From positions 64,001 to 128,000 of IMG/VR virus record IMGVR_UViG_3300033512_000218: a DNA stretch of 64,000 nucleotides; one strand, written 5' to 3'. Below, piece by piece: positions 30,927 to 42,162 of the stretch. The position numbers and the translations under genes are program-made. The notes beneath the pieces are model-generated. The model did not search any database. It saw only the letters and a list, made by a program, of their open reading frames with translations, and was not told where the DNA came from. Every line of letters starts with the position of its first letter. Position 1 is the first letter of the stretch. This stretch comes from a virus.

Positions 30927-31236
30927 ATGATAACAAAAAAAATTCGAAATTGGGTATGGATTAGCATTAACATTAGATATATATGAAATAACAAGTGATG
31001 GTGATAATATTGATTATAAAACAATATATACCAAAACACACTCCGATGGATGGACAATTACAGGAATAGTTCAGGAGGATTATTATCAATAGGTAAATTA
31101 TTTTGAAGCGGTTCATCCTATTTATGGAAAAGTATAGGGAGATTTTGAAGATGAAGTTTATGCTGACACTGAAGAAGGATATAATCATTTTTATGAAAAT
31201 CATACTCCAGAAGGATGGGATTATGGTGATATATAA
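30927..31236 (+). pseudogene. phage protein with frameshift and two TAG
   Basis: Shift in A-run ~30940; EDYYQ*VN and GKV*GDFE (TAG 31090, 31135). Confidence 0.65.
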
Positions 31237-31275
31237 AAGAAATAAATTAATTTTAATAATATAAAACAATTAAAT

Positions 31276-31509
31276 ATGAAAACTGAAGAGAAAATTCAAA
31301 AAAATAAACAATTAAAAAAATTAAAATTGAAAAAATTAAAATTGAAAAAAGAAGATTTAATAGATTCAATTGCGGATTGTAGATATAAAGGATGGATGAG
31401 TGATGAATGTATGCATATAAATGAATTAGATATTGTCTTGGATAAAATAGCAAAACTAACCAATAAACCAAAAATTAAACCACGTATTCCTATATATACA
31501 AAAGTATAA
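31276..31509 (+). CDS. basic hypothetical protein
   Basis: 77 aa. Confidence 0.6.
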   Translation: MKTEEKIQKNKQLKKLKLKKLKLKKEDLIDSIADCRYKGWMSDECMHINELDIVLDKIAKLTNKPKIKPRIPIYTKV

Positions 31510-31528
31510 TGATAATAAACAATTAAAT

Positions 31529-31762
31529 ATGAAATGGATTAATATAAAAGATGAATTACCTAAAGATAATACTAATTGTATTATTTGGTACGATGAAAAA
31601 GAAGGAAATGATATTTTCGGTTACTTTATAAGGGTTATATTCTACAAGAATTATAATGGTAAAAATAATAGATTTATTTTGTCTGAAAATGCAGATGAAT
31701 ATCACACAGATTATACAGACAGTGTTACACATTGGATGATTCCAACAAATCCGAATGTATAA
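31529..31762 (+). CDS. DUF551-like protein
   Basis: MKWINIKDELP...VTHWM. Confidence 0.75.
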   Translation: MKWINIKDELPKDNTNCIIWYDEKEGNDIFGYFIRVIFYKNYNGKNNRFILSENADEYHTDYTDSVTHWMIPTNPNV

Positions 31763-31773
31763 ATATTAAAATT

Positions 31774-31800
31774 AAGAGTTCCAATTAGGAACTCTTTTGT
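31774..31800 (+). terminator. intrinsic terminator
   Basis: AAGAGTTCC/GGAACTCTT plus T-run. Confidence 0.75.
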
Positions 31801-31851
31801 TTTATAAACATTTTAATAAATGTATTTATTTAAAAGTACATAATATTAATA

Positions 31852-34800
31852 ATGAAATTAAATATACAAATAAAAACAAAAGAAGAGATAATAAAATCTA
31901 TTTACGAATATACCAATTTTGATTTTATTAATAACAATCTTTTTATAAATATTAAAGATTTATATAATAATATTAAATATGGAGATTTTGATACAAATAT
32001 TGAATTTATAAATAATTTAGTAGGTTCGTATAATGGATTAAAATTGTTTGTATACACTATTTCTACAAGTAGAACAGAGATTGAATTAAAATTACCTTCT
32101 ATAAATTTTCGTTCAGTATCATATAATACTATATTATTACAATATAATACATTATTTTCAAGTTATCCTTTATCATATTTAAAAACAGATGATAATAAAT
32201 TAAAATATGTATATATTCAATTTAAAAATTTAGAAAAATATCAAATTTTAAATTGGTATAAAACTCCTGATAATAGTGTTATTTTAAAATTAAGAGAGGA
32301 ATTAAGTGATAATATAAAAGAAAATGATGAAGTTATTGTATATGAAAAATTATACAGTGATACAATATATCCAGTTAAACTCATTCCATTAAATAATGAA
32401 TTAACGATAAATTGTTTAAATAAACCTAATTTTGATATAGATGTAAATGAAAAGACTGTTCAAAGTGAGTATAAAAATTATGATGATATTATAAATAATA
32501 ATGATATACTAAAAACAGATTTTTTCAATGAATCTTTAAAAGGAATACAATTAAATATAGATTTTACTGATTTTAGTAATTTTGTATTTTTTAGTTCCAT
32601 ATTAGAACGTTTAAATAATTTTAAATATAAATTACAATTAATAGAAAATTATCAATATAAAATTAGTTTATTACCTATTACAAGCCCGGATATATTAAAA
32701 TATACAAATATAATAGAAGGAATAAAACAATCATTTGATATATACGAACATTTTTTATATTATGAAAATAATGGAATATATACATATCCAAAAGATGGAA
32801 ATAATAATGTTTTACCATTATCAGATTTAGATGTTATTGCTTGGTTTACAGAACGTAATGAACAAGCTAAATATTATGATAAAATAAATTATAATTTACT
32901 AATAAAACTAATTCCTAATTATATTTATACTGATGTATACAATGTTCAATATTTGAAATTTATAAATTTAACAGCACAACATTTTGATATATTATGGTTA
33001 TATATAAATCACTTAGAGGATATTAAAATTACTGATAGTGATATTAATAAAGGATTAAGTAAAGATTTAATTTATTATGTTTTAGGTGATATGAGTTGGA
33101 AACCTATAAGTAATTTTGAAAATACAAATTTAGAAGATTATTTATATAAAGAAGAACACAATGATCCAAATCAAGTTTATGCTTCTACAGAAACTGTATC
33201 AAAAAAACAAATAGATTTGGAAGTATGGAAGAGATTGATGGATAATGTTATTTATCTATATAAAACAAAAGGAACAAAAGAAAGTATACGTTCACTATTA
33301 AATATTTATGGAATACCAAGTACTTCATTGTTAATTCAAGAATATGGAGGAAAACATCCTTACTATACAAATAACTATTTTGATTATGATAAATTTACAG
33401 CTTGTTTAGATAAATCAACTGAACCAACTGCTACAATAATAATTGAGGATATTGATACATTTAGAGGATTTGAAATTAGATTTAAAATAAGTAATTCAGA
33501 TGATAATATAATTTTAAATGATACATTAAACGACATCATAATATCAACTCGTTATTCCGATAAAAGTTTATTATTAACAATAGGAACAATTGTACATGAA
33601 ATAAATAATACAGATATATATAATAATGAATGGTGGACTGTTTGTATAGGTTATAATAGTGTATTATCAAATAATACACAAGGAATACATTCATTTAATT
33701 ATATAGAAAAAATTGTATATTCTTTAGCATTAGTTAATAATAAATATGGAAAACCATATAATCGTCATTCTAAAACATTAATTTTTACAGGGCAAAATTC
33801 AATAATAGATATATTAAATAGTTCTTTTACGTTTGAAATAGGAAGTGATTTTACTGGATATTTACAAGAGATAAGATTTTGGAATTATTTTGTTGGGTAT
33901 GATAATGTAATATATCATAATTTAGCACCTACAACAATTAGCACATGTGATTTTAATAATTTATATGATAATTTAATAGTTAGAGTTCCTCTTGGAACTG
34001 ATTTAAATACATACAATCATTCAATTATAACAACATTGGATAATCAAAATTTAACTCGTGATAATACATATACTATTACTTTTGATAATTTTAGTGATAA
34101 TAATAATTATTTACAATATGTTGAAAAGTATTATCATATAGTGCCTAATATAAGTAATAATCATGTTATGAATCGAAAAATATATTTTGATAATAATGAT
34201 GATTTTTCTTGTATGTATATAAATAAACAAGATAATGGTATATTTTCTGGGTCGTTTAATAATTCATATAATAATTCATTTTTAATAGATTATGAATTGG
34301 ATAATACGGATATAAATAATATAACTGAATTACAAACTGATTATTCAAATAGAATACAATATAAAACATCCCAAAATAATAAACTTGGAATTTATTTTTC
34401 ACCTATAAATGAAGTAAATGAAGATATTTATGATTTTTTTGGAAATAATAATATAGATGAATATTTAGGTAATTATATAGATGAGTATAGTGATAATTAT
34501 AAATATATTGATAAATTAGTAACTTTTTATGAACAGCAATATAGTAAGAAATATGAAATATGGAAATATTTCAAAATGATAAAACAATATAATAAAAGTA
34601 TTTTTTATCATTTAAAACAACTTATACCATTAAGAAGTACTGATATATTAGGAGTTACCATAGAAAATAGTTTAATTCATAGAAATAAAATAACATATTT
34701 GAATAGTAAACCAACACTAAAAAATAATTATTATTATTTTAATTTAGAGAATATAATATCAAATAATATTATTATGGATTATACACTATATAACATACAA

Positions 34801-35037
34801 TTATATGTTTCTTTAGTTTATCCAAATGATTATCAATATTATAAATTAAATAATACAATTGTATATAGACCAAGAAATTATAATTATACACAAAATATAA
34901 TGCCTGTAATTTATAATACAATATTTAGTATTGTAGATATAAATAATTACAATACAATAAATATAACAAGAAGAGGTAATAGATTAGTAGAAATAACAAT
35001 GATAATTCCTACAAATGAAAATACAAATATTAGATAA
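31852..35037 (+). CDS. baseplate wedge-like structural protein
   Basis: 1061 aa; YLYKTKGTKESIRSLLNIYGIP, LamG-like GYLQEIRFW; late motif 31822. Confidence 0.7.
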   Translation: MKLNIQIKTKEEIIKSIYEYTNFDFINNNLFINIKDLYNNIKYGDFDTNIEFINNLVGSYNGLKLFVYTISTSRTEIELKLPSINFRSVSYNTILLQYNTLFSSYPLSYLKTDDNKLKYVYIQFKNLEKYQILNWYKTPDNSVILKLREELSDNIKENDEVIVYEKLYSDTIYPVKLIPLNNELTINCLNKPNFDIDVNEKTVQSEYKNYDDIINNNDILKTDFFNESLKGIQLNIDFTDFSNFVFFSSILERLNNFKYKLQLIENYQYKISLLPITSPDILKYTNIIEGIKQSFDIYEHFLYYENNGIYTYPKDGNNNVLPLSDLDVIAWFTERNEQAKYYDKINYNLLIKLIPNYIYTDVYNVQYLKFINLTAQHFDILWLYINHLEDIKITDSDINKGLSKDLIYYVLGDMSWKPISNFENTNLEDYLYKEEHNDPNQVYASTETVSKKQIDLEVWKRLMDNVIYLYKTKGTKESIRSLLNIYGIPSTSLLIQEYGGKHPYYTNNYFDYDKFTACLDKSTEPTATIIIEDIDTFRGFEIRFKISNSDDNIILNDTLNDIIISTRYSDKSLLLTIGTIVHEINNTDIYNNEWWTVCIGYNSVLSNNTQGIHSFNYIEKIVYSLALVNNKYGKPYNRHSKTLIFTGQNSIIDILNSSFTFEIGSDFTGYLQEIRFWNYFVGYDNVIYHNLAPTTISTCDFNNLYDNLIVRVPLGTDLNTYNHSIITTLDNQNLTRDNTYTITFDNFSDNNNYLQYVEKYYHIVPNISNNHVMNRKIYFDNNDDFSCMYINKQDNGIFSGSFNNSYNNSFLIDYELDNTDINNITELQTDYSNRIQYKTSQNNKLGIYFSPINEVNEDIYDFFGNNNIDEYLGNYIDEYSDNYKYIDKLVTFYEQQYSKKYEIWKYFKMIKQYNKSIFYHLKQLIPLRSTDILGVTIENSLIHRNKITYLNSKPTLKNNYYYFNLENIISNNIIMDYTLYNIQLYVSLVYPNDYQYYKLNNTIVYRPRNYNYTQNIMPVIYNTIFSIVDINNYNTINITRRGNRLVEITMIIPTNENTNIR

Positions 35038-35060
35038 AAATAATAATAAATAAAAAAAAT

Positions 35061-35672
35061 ATGGCATATTTAAACAATGAAATAATAGAAATAGAAGCTA
35101 TTTTAACTCAAAAAGGAAGAGAATTATTGGCAAAAAACAACGGTAAATTTAATATTACAAAATTTGCATTAGCTGATGATGGAATAGATTATAATTTATG
35201 GAATCCAGATACAACAGATGATTTAAAAGGATTTTTAATAGAAAATAGTCCTGTATTAGAACCAAATTCAAATGAAAATAATGTAATGAGAAATAAACTT
35301 ATAACATTGCCAATTGGTACTACAAGAATACCTATTTTATCAGTAGGACAAACATCATTAACATTAAATGCAGGACAACGTTATATAATAACTCCTACAG
35401 TTGTAAATTATAGTAATGCAAATGAAACATACGGATATACTGCAACAATAATAGATTCAAGTATAGCTGAATTAAAACCATACGTATCAGGACAAACTAC
35501 AACATATTATAGTACATCAAATGTTTCTGGTGAAAGTGTAACAGTAACAGGACAACAATTTGAACTCGTTGGTAGAAGTTTAACGGATGCAGGTACAACA
35601 AGTATTCTAATTCAAGGAAATGAAACAGGTGGACAAATAGAAATAGTATTAACAGTAAATAAAAACATATAA
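35061..35672 (+). CDS. baseplate/tail structural protein
   Basis: AILTQKGRELLA..ITKFALADDGIDY. Confidence 0.7.
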   Translation: MAYLNNEIIEIEAILTQKGRELLAKNNGKFNITKFALADDGIDYNLWNPDTTDDLKGFLIENSPVLEPNSNENNVMRNKLITLPIGTTRIPILSVGQTSLTLNAGQRYIITPTVVNYSNANETYGYTATIIDSSIAELKPYVSGQTTTYYSTSNVSGESVTVTGQQFELVGRSLTDAGTTSILIQGNETGGQIEIVLTVNKNI

Positions 35673-35674
35673 TT

Positions 35675-36706
35675 ATGGCAGTAACAAGCAATTTATATAC
35701 ATCATTTAATTTTACAAATGATGAAGATGCAATATTTAATAGTAAAGAAAGTGTTTCTATTGCAACCTGGTCAAATAACGAAACAGAATTAACTAACTTT
35801 TATTATTATTCAACAAAAACAAATAGAGATTATTTTGTAAATGTTTATAATACCGACCCATTAACAGATGATGAGGCAGAAATACAATTTAGTGTATCAT
35901 TTGGAAATTATTATGGTTGTGCAACTCCTCTTATAGATGCTTCATTTGATGACGATATGACTCCTTCAAAAGCTATTTATCATAATATAAAAAACACAAT
36001 AGACCAAAATGAAAATGATAAAATTATTTTTGATAGTACTGAATATGATAGAATATATGCATTGAGTGTTCGAAAAGAACGATTACATGATAGAGTAAAA
36101 TCAGGTTCTGTTTTTTTACATTTAAACGATTATGGTACTGATTTATATATGATTGACGATATTAGTATTGTTAATAGAAAAACAACAATATACAATATAA
36201 TTAGAGCAAATTCTGATGGAACTGAACATGCAACTCCAACTGTTATCGGTAAAATGTATATTGACAAAGGACTAATTATACTTAATGCTGATACAATTGA
36301 AACATTATTTGGAAGTTCTATATTTAGTAATTGTGGATTAAATGTAAATTGTAGTGGTTTTACATGTGATGGAGATAGTGATGGTTATGCAGATGTAAAT
36401 CCTAATACATTATTTATTGATATGATGCAAAGTTTTATTATGATTAGTGAACAATATACTTCAAGTATTATATATTTTATAAGAGTAAATCATACTAACT
36501 TTAATCACTCAAATAACCCAACATTTGTTCAAAATGAACAAGGAGATTTATTATATACTGAAATGGTGGATAATCCATTTACATATATTACAACAATAGG
36601 TTTATATAACGAAGGTAATGAATTATTGGCTGTTGCAAGAGTTAGCCAACCTATTCTTAAAACATACGAAAGAGAAGCACTTATAAGAGTTAAATTAACA
36701 TTTTAA
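35675..36706 (+). CDS. baseplate/tail structural protein
   Basis: C-terminal YITTIGLYNEGNELLAVARVSQPI. Confidence 0.7.
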   Translation: MAVTSNLYTSFNFTNDEDAIFNSKESVSIATWSNNETELTNFYYYSTKTNRDYFVNVYNTDPLTDDEAEIQFSVSFGNYYGCATPLIDASFDDDMTPSKAIYHNIKNTIDQNENDKIIFDSTEYDRIYALSVRKERLHDRVKSGSVFLHLNDYGTDLYMIDDISIVNRKTTIYNIIRANSDGTEHATPTVIGKMYIDKGLIILNADTIETLFGSSIFSNCGLNVNCSGFTCDGDSDGYADVNPNTLFIDMMQSFIMISEQYTSSIIYFIRVNHTNFNHSNNPTFVQNEQGDLLYTEMVDNPFTYITTIGLYNEGNELLAVARVSQPILKTYEREALIRVKLTF

Positions 36707-36710
36707 TACA

Positions 36711-38228
36711 ATGGTATTTAAAAATATAAATAACGAACATATTAATATATATGAGTTTGAAGTAAATAAACAATATAATTTAATTGATTTGGATATGAAT
36801 TTATGTGAATATACTAATTCATATCCAAAATCTAATTCTCATAATCAAAAATATACAAATTATCACTGGTTATATAGTAATTTTTATAAAAATTATAATA
36901 CAAATAAAATTAATAAGTTAGAATATATTAGTAAATACCAAAAAAGAAACATAGATTTATATGCTTACTTTATTAAAATTAATAATGATTATTTTATTAA
37001 TAAAATAAAAGAACACTCTGTTACATTAACAATATTAAATAATATATTATTAACTGATGACGGTTATGGTAATATTGTTAATAAGAATATATTTAATTCT
37101 ATTAATTTTGATGATTTTGAAGTATTCCTTCAAGAATTACGTAAATATACAAAAGTACATTATAATTTTTCAGATTTAAAAAAATTTATATCTAATCGTA
37201 CAAACGGTATAGAAAAAACAATTGTATATGATTTAGGAATTAAAATAGAAGAAAATTATATTACTGATGTAAGTGGTTTTAATAATAATTCAATATTCAA
37301 TAATATAACAATTAATACTGATAATTATAAAACTCTTTTATCTCTTTATGAGAATAATATAATCACATTAAATGATAATAATATACTAAAAGATACATTT
37401 AAAAGTGATTTTACTATTATTCTTAATTTTAAAGAAATAAATAATACCAATGGAACAATATCTCTATTTAAACGTTACAATGGAAATAATAAATTTTTTG
37501 AACTTTTATTTTTATCAGATTTAAGTACTATTAGATTATTATATCAAAATAATGAAACAATAAATTATATCGATTTATCTATATCATATAATAATACAAC
37601 AAATTCTACAATTGTTATAGAACGCAAAAATGATACATTTTATTTACATTATTTATCATTAGCACAAAGTTTATCAAACTCAATGGTATTAAACATAGGA
37701 GATAATATGTTTTATAATGATATGATTGTTGAATTATCAACCCCATCAAATGGAACTGATTATTTTGATTGTATAATAGATGAAATATTATTGTTATCAA
37801 CTACAATAGATTTAACATATTATAGAAAAGTTAAATATATTTGGGAATGGTTAGATGATTATTATTATGGAAATGTATTTTATGAAAATGGAATTATAAG
37901 TATAACAAAATCAGATACAGCTTATAATATAATTTCTAATACAAATAATAATCTGATTTTTAAAAATACAAAAGTTATATCGGAAAATGAATATATTTGT
38001 AAAATAGATACAAATGATTATAATTATACATTAAATAAATCAGCTTTACAAAAAAATAGTCAATACTTTTATCAAGTAAATAAAGCAAATTATACTATTC
38101 CTAATTACATAACTTCAATTGGACTATATGATAATGAAGATAATTTAATATTAGTTGGTAAAATTAATAATCCTATTGAACGTATTCAAAATATTCCAAT
38201 GAATTTTATTGTTAAATACGATATATAA
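36711..38228 (+). CDS. baseplate/tail structural protein with LamG-like insert
   Basis: LTDDGYGNI, GNVFYENG, YITSIGLYDNEDNLILVGKINNPI (paralogous to the C-terminus of 35675). Confidence 0.7.
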   Translation: MVFKNINNEHINIYEFEVNKQYNLIDLDMNLCEYTNSYPKSNSHNQKYTNYHWLYSNFYKNYNTNKINKLEYISKYQKRNIDLYAYFIKINNDYFINKIKEHSVTLTILNNILLTDDGYGNIVNKNIFNSINFDDFEVFLQELRKYTKVHYNFSDLKKFISNRTNGIEKTIVYDLGIKIEENYITDVSGFNNNSIFNNITINTDNYKTLLSLYENNIITLNDNNILKDTFKSDFTIILNFKEINNTNGTISLFKRYNGNNKFFELLFLSDLSTIRLLYQNNETINYIDLSISYNNTTNSTIVIERKNDTFYLHYLSLAQSLSNSMVLNIGDNMFYNDMIVELSTPSNGTDYFDCIIDEILLLSTTIDLTYYRKVKYIWEWLDDYYYGNVFYENGIISITKSDTAYNIISNTNNNLIFKNTKVISENEYICKIDTNDYNYTLNKSALQKNSQYFYQVNKANYTIPNYITSIGLYDNEDNLILVGKINNPIERIQNIPMNFIVKYDI

Positions 38229-38230
38229 AT

Positions 38231-38261
38231 AAAAACCTACTTAATTTAAAGTAGGTTTTTT
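38231..38261. terminator. bidirectional terminator (ACCTAC family)
   Basis: AAAAACCTACTT/AAGTAGGTTTTT. Confidence 0.75.
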
Positions 38262-38369
38262 AAACTATATAATAGCATAAAATATTATTATAACTATCAT
38301 GATAATAACGAAGTATTTAAACCAGTTTTTCATATTTTTTTTAATTGTTAATAAATATTAAAATTTATA

Positions 38370-38732
38370 TTATAAATACAGTTTTTCTTTTATACTTTTT
38401 AAGTACTTTTTTGCATTTTTATAATTTAATTTATCGTCACGCATACTTGATTCAATAATATTTTTTTTGATGTCAATATCAACTTTATATGTATTAAATC
38501 CAGCATTTCCTGGAATAGTAATACTTGCATAAGTATTATCATATTTAAATATACAGTTTGATTCACTATATTTAAAATTTATAATACCATTATCAATTAA
38601 TATTGCTATAATAGGATATAACAATTTTAATTTTTCTAATAAATATACCTCATGCTCTGTTAAATCACTTTCTTTTTTTTGATTGTAGAAATCAAAAATA
38701 ACACTTTCATTTAGTTTTAATAATCGTCCCAT
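38370..38732 (-). CDS. hypothetical protein
   Basis: 120 aa behind promoter module. Confidence 0.7.
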   Translation of the reverse strand: MGRLLKLNESVIFDFYNQKKESDLTEHEVYLLEKLKLLYPIIAILIDNGIINFKYSESNCIFKYDNTYASITIPGNAGFNTYKVDIDIKKNIIESSMRDDKLNYKNAKKYLKSIKEKLYL

Positions 38733-38759
38733 TATTTTAAGTTTTAAATATTTATATCA

Positions 38760-38816
38760 CAAAGATAAAACATTTATTAACAAAATACAAATAAAATATT
38801 GTTAATAAATGTTAAA
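38760..38816 (-). promoter_or_regulatory. box+promoter module copy 9 (second inverted box in spacer)
   Basis: GTTAATAAATGTTAAA 38801-38816; CAAAGATA 38760-38767. Confidence 0.85.
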
Positions 38817-38817
38817 T

Positions 38818-39213
38818 TTAGTTTATTGGTTCTGGTATTATAAAGTTAGGAGCATATTTTTTAACTTCATATACATAACACTCCACATTTTTATCATTTT
38901 TAGTTGCACACAAATTAAAATTATTATAATTTTTAACTATTCCATCTTTAGCATAAGATAAAAACTTTAAAACTTTTTTAAATTGGTATTTGGTCATTTC
39001 AAAGTTTTCTGATTGTACAATCGAAGTTAATGTTTCAGCACAATCTAATCCAACAAACATAATTTCTTTTTTTTCATTTTGAATAGTTGCAATGTTTGTT
39101 ATTGGTTTATTGCAATTTGAACAACACATACAATCTTCATTATGAGTTACTGATAGTAATATATATTTTTCATTTATAGGCAAATTTCGTTGAATTATTT
39201 TTTTTGTTTTCAT
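38818..39213 (-). CDS. zinc-finger hypothetical protein
   Basis: CSNCNKPI...VGLDCA. Confidence 0.7.
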   Translation of the reverse strand: MKTKKIIQRNLPINEKYILLSVTHNEDCMCCSNCNKPITNIATIQNEKKEIMFVGLDCAETLTSIVQSENFEMTKYQFKKVLKFLSYAKDGIVKNYNNFNLCATKNDKNVECYVYEVKKYAPNFIIPEPIN

Positions 39214-39214
39214 T

Positions 39215-39418
39215 TTATTTGTTATTTAATTTTTTTTCTTTTATTATATTGAATATTTGAGACCAAATAATTGAAATTTTATTATTTAATTCCTTTTCTT
39301 CTTTACACATTGGTTCAGATATATCAATATCTGAATATAATTTTTTCTTTAAAGCTATGAGATTTTCAACTTCTATTGATAATTTTTGTTTTATATTTTC
39401 TAATTCTTGATTATTCAT
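39215..39418 (-). CDS. hypothetical protein
   Basis: 67 aa. Confidence 0.6.
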   Translation of the reverse strand: MNNQELENIKQKLSIEVENLIALKKKLYSDIDISEPMCKEEKELNNKISIIWSQIFNIIKEKKLNNK

Positions 39419-39443
39419 ATTTTAACTACTAATAATTATAGTA

Positions 39444-39500
39444 CAAAGATAAACTAAATATTTTCAAAATCAAAATTAATTTGTGTTAATAAATGTTAAA
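39444..39500 (-). promoter_or_regulatory. box+promoter module copy 10, back-to-back with late motif 39503
   Basis: Box 39485-39500; CAAAGATA 39444. Confidence 0.85.
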
Positions 39501-39640
39501 ATGTATTTATATTAAAAAACAATGGATTATATTAAAATATTCTGTAATATAAAATAAATTAAAAACAAATAAAAATAATTAAAAAAAATTTAATAATTTT
39601 AATACTTCAACTTTTTCATATTAGTATTTATATAAAAAGA

Positions 39641-40240
39641 ATGAAATCAAGGGAAGTTAAAAAAATTTTAAATATTACACAACAAACATTACACAATTAT
39701 ATTATTGAAGGTAAAATTAAATATATTAAAATTAATAAATATCATTACAATTATAATGATTAAGATGTTTATAAACTAATTGGTATTAAAAAAGAAAAAA
39801 AGAATAAATTAAATGTATCTTATTCCAGAATTAGTAATAAAAGAAATGATGATTTAAAAGAACAATCTCAAAGAATATATAATTATTGTATATCAAAAGG
39901 AATTAATTTAAATTATCAATTCGAAGATATTAAAAGTGGAATGAATTTTGATAGACAAGATTTTAATAAACTAATCGAACTTATTATTAAAGGTGAAATT
40001 GAATTACTTATCATTGAAAATAAAGATAGATTAGTTAGATTTGGATTTGAACTATTAGAAAATATTTTTAAATATTTCGGTACTAAAATAATTGTTATTA
40101 ATGATTCATTATCAAATAAAACATATGAACAAGAATTAACTGATGATTTAATATATATCATACATTATTTTAGTATGAAATCTTATTCAAATAGAAGAAA
40201 ATTAAATAAAATTAAAAAAGATTTACAAGAAACAAATTGA
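39641..40240 (+). pseudogene. tnpA: IS607 serine recombinase TnpA with in-frame TAA
   Basis: MerR-like HTH, YSRIS, EDIKSG, KDRLVRFGFE, ELTDDL; TAA at 39761. Confidence 0.85.
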
Positions 40241-41826
40241 TTACGATTAAATTAAATATTATTTCTAATTCAAATCCCGATTATATAATTGAAAAACAAA
40301 AGAATTACTCTTTTGCTTTTAGAAAATTATATAAACATTTTATTTTGGACGATAAAATGTTTAATAAATTATTAATGGAAAAATATAATTTATCTGTTTA
40401 TGAATTTAATTGTTTAATAATTGATGTTCAAACTAAAATTAATCAAGTTAAAACTCAAAAGGATAAATTAGAATCAAAAATAATCTCAATAGAAAAAGAT
40501 ATAAAATTATTACAAGATAATATAAAATCTATTAAAAATACAAGAAAAATATTTAAATTAAATAAAAAGTTAAGTTATTTTAACAAATTATTATCCAAAG
40601 ATATTGTATTTGGAAATAAAACTATATTACAACAAATAAGTTATTTATCAAATAATAAATTATCGAATAACAATGATATATTAAAACATAAAGAAACATA
40701 TAAAAATAATAGATTATTATCTATTAATTATATTGGAAGTAAAGATGATAAAAATAGTAATAGATATTTTAATTTTGATTTTGATAATAATTTAATTATT
40801 TATAAACAAACCAATAAAATAAAAATAGAGTTAAAATATAAAGTATCAAATAATTACAAAAAATATTTAAATAGATTACAAGAAATAAAAGACAATAAAA
40901 TATTACCAATATCAGTTCGATTAACAAATAAATTTATATATTTAACAATAGATAATCAAAAATTAAATGGTTATGATTTTAAACAATTAGAATATAATAA
41001 AAAAGTAAAAGGAATAAAAGATAAACAAATAAGAAAAGATATACTTATTAGTTTTTATAATGAACAAAGAGAAAGAATGTTACAAAATAAATTACCTAAT
41101 CGATACATATCAATTGATTTAAATCCAAATTATATAGGATGTTGTATATTAGATAAAATATATGAAGATAATTTTAAAATAATTGATAAATTTTGTTTTG
41201 ATTTAAGTAAATTAAATATAAAATCTAATAAGAATAGTGATGATAAATTATCAAAATATTTAAACAATAAGAGAAAATATGAGATAAGCATAATTTATAA
41301 AATATTATTTAATAAAGCAAAACATTATAAAGTATCCCATTTTGTAATAGAAGAATTAAATTTCAAACAACAAAATATAAATGATAAATCAAAAGAAGTT
41401 AATAGATTAACCAAAAACGTTTGGAACAGAACTTATCAATATAATTTAATAAATAAATATTGTTTAGAAAGAGGGATTGAATTAATAGAAGTTAATCCAG
41501 TTTATTCAAGTTTTATAGGAAATATTTTATATAATTATTTTGACCCTGTTAATTCTTCAATAGAAATATGTCGAAGAGGAATAATTAAATATATAAAAAA
41601 CAGTAAATTTTACCCAGTATTAACGAGTACAATAATTGACACTATGATAAATAGATTTAAATCTATTGGAGATGTTCAATTTATTAAAGATTGTGAAAGT
41701 TGGATAGAATTATATAAAAATACAAAATCTCTAAATTTTATATATCGAGTACAATTAGATGATGTGAATCATCAATTGTTCAGCTTAAACAATACAAAAA
41801 GTAAAGTAAATTATATTACTTTTTAA
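40237..41826 (+). CDS. tnpB: TnpB-family RNA-guided nuclease, long variant without zinc finger
   Basis: RuvC I ISIDLNP, RuvC II VIEELNF, VNPVYSSFIG, RuvC III DPVNSS; 529 aa, TTG start overlapping tnpA stop. Confidence 0.8.
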   Translation: MITIKLNIISNSNPDYIIEKQKNYSFAFRKLYKHFILDDKMFNKLLMEKYNLSVYEFNCLIIDVQTKINQVKTQKDKLESKIISIEKDIKLLQDNIKSIKNTRKIFKLNKKLSYFNKLLSKDIVFGNKTILQQISYLSNNKLSNNNDILKHKETYKNNRLLSINYIGSKDDKNSNRYFNFDFDNNLIIYKQTNKIKIELKYKVSNNYKKYLNRLQEIKDNKILPISVRLTNKFIYLTIDNQKLNGYDFKQLEYNKKVKGIKDKQIRKDILISFYNEQRERMLQNKLPNRYISIDLNPNYIGCCILDKIYEDNFKIIDKFCFDLSKLNIKSNKNSDDKLSKYLNNKRKYEISIIYKILFNKAKHYKVSHFVIEELNFKQQNINDKSKEVNRLTKNVWNRTYQYNLINKYCLERGIELIEVNPVYSSFIGNILYNYFDPVNSSIEICRRGIIKYIKNSKFYPVLTSTIIDTMINRFKSIGDVQFIKDCESWIELYKNTKSLNFIYRVQLDDVNHQLFSLNNTKSKVNYITF

Positions 41827-41844
41827 CCATTTTGTATTGTTTAA

Positions 41845-42162
41845 GTATATAATTATGATATACGAGATTTAAGACGAAGTTTATATGATAACGATATGAT
41901 AAATATAAATAATACAAATCAATTTTTTATACCTAAACAAATAACACAAGAGATATTTAATAATGATAATAGTATTCTATTATTTAAAAATAAAATTGAT
42001 GTATTATTAAAAAATCAAATTATTAATTTATATGATATTAGTTATAATGAAGTCAGTTTTAAATTGGAATATATAGTTAAAAGTAAAATTGAATGTATTG
42101 ATATTTTATATAGTTGGATAAATATAGAACAAATACCTAAACATATAATAAAAACGATATGA
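41845..42162 (+). pseudogene. 3' part of the late gene interrupted by IS607 (5' part 39522-39543)
   Basis: Frame open from 41845 upstream of ATG 41896. Confidence 0.5.

Larger units (their letters stand above)
39544..41848 (+). mobile_element. IS607-family element (tnpA + tnpB); ends approximate
   Basis: HTH-serine recombinase overlapping a RuvC protein; flanks rejoin into one reading frame MDYIKIF|YNYDIRD... Confidence 0.8.

Noticed and set aside
39544-39640. IStron (group I intron plus IS607)
   Set aside because: Only about 100 nt of near-pure AT precede tnpA, too short for a group I core.
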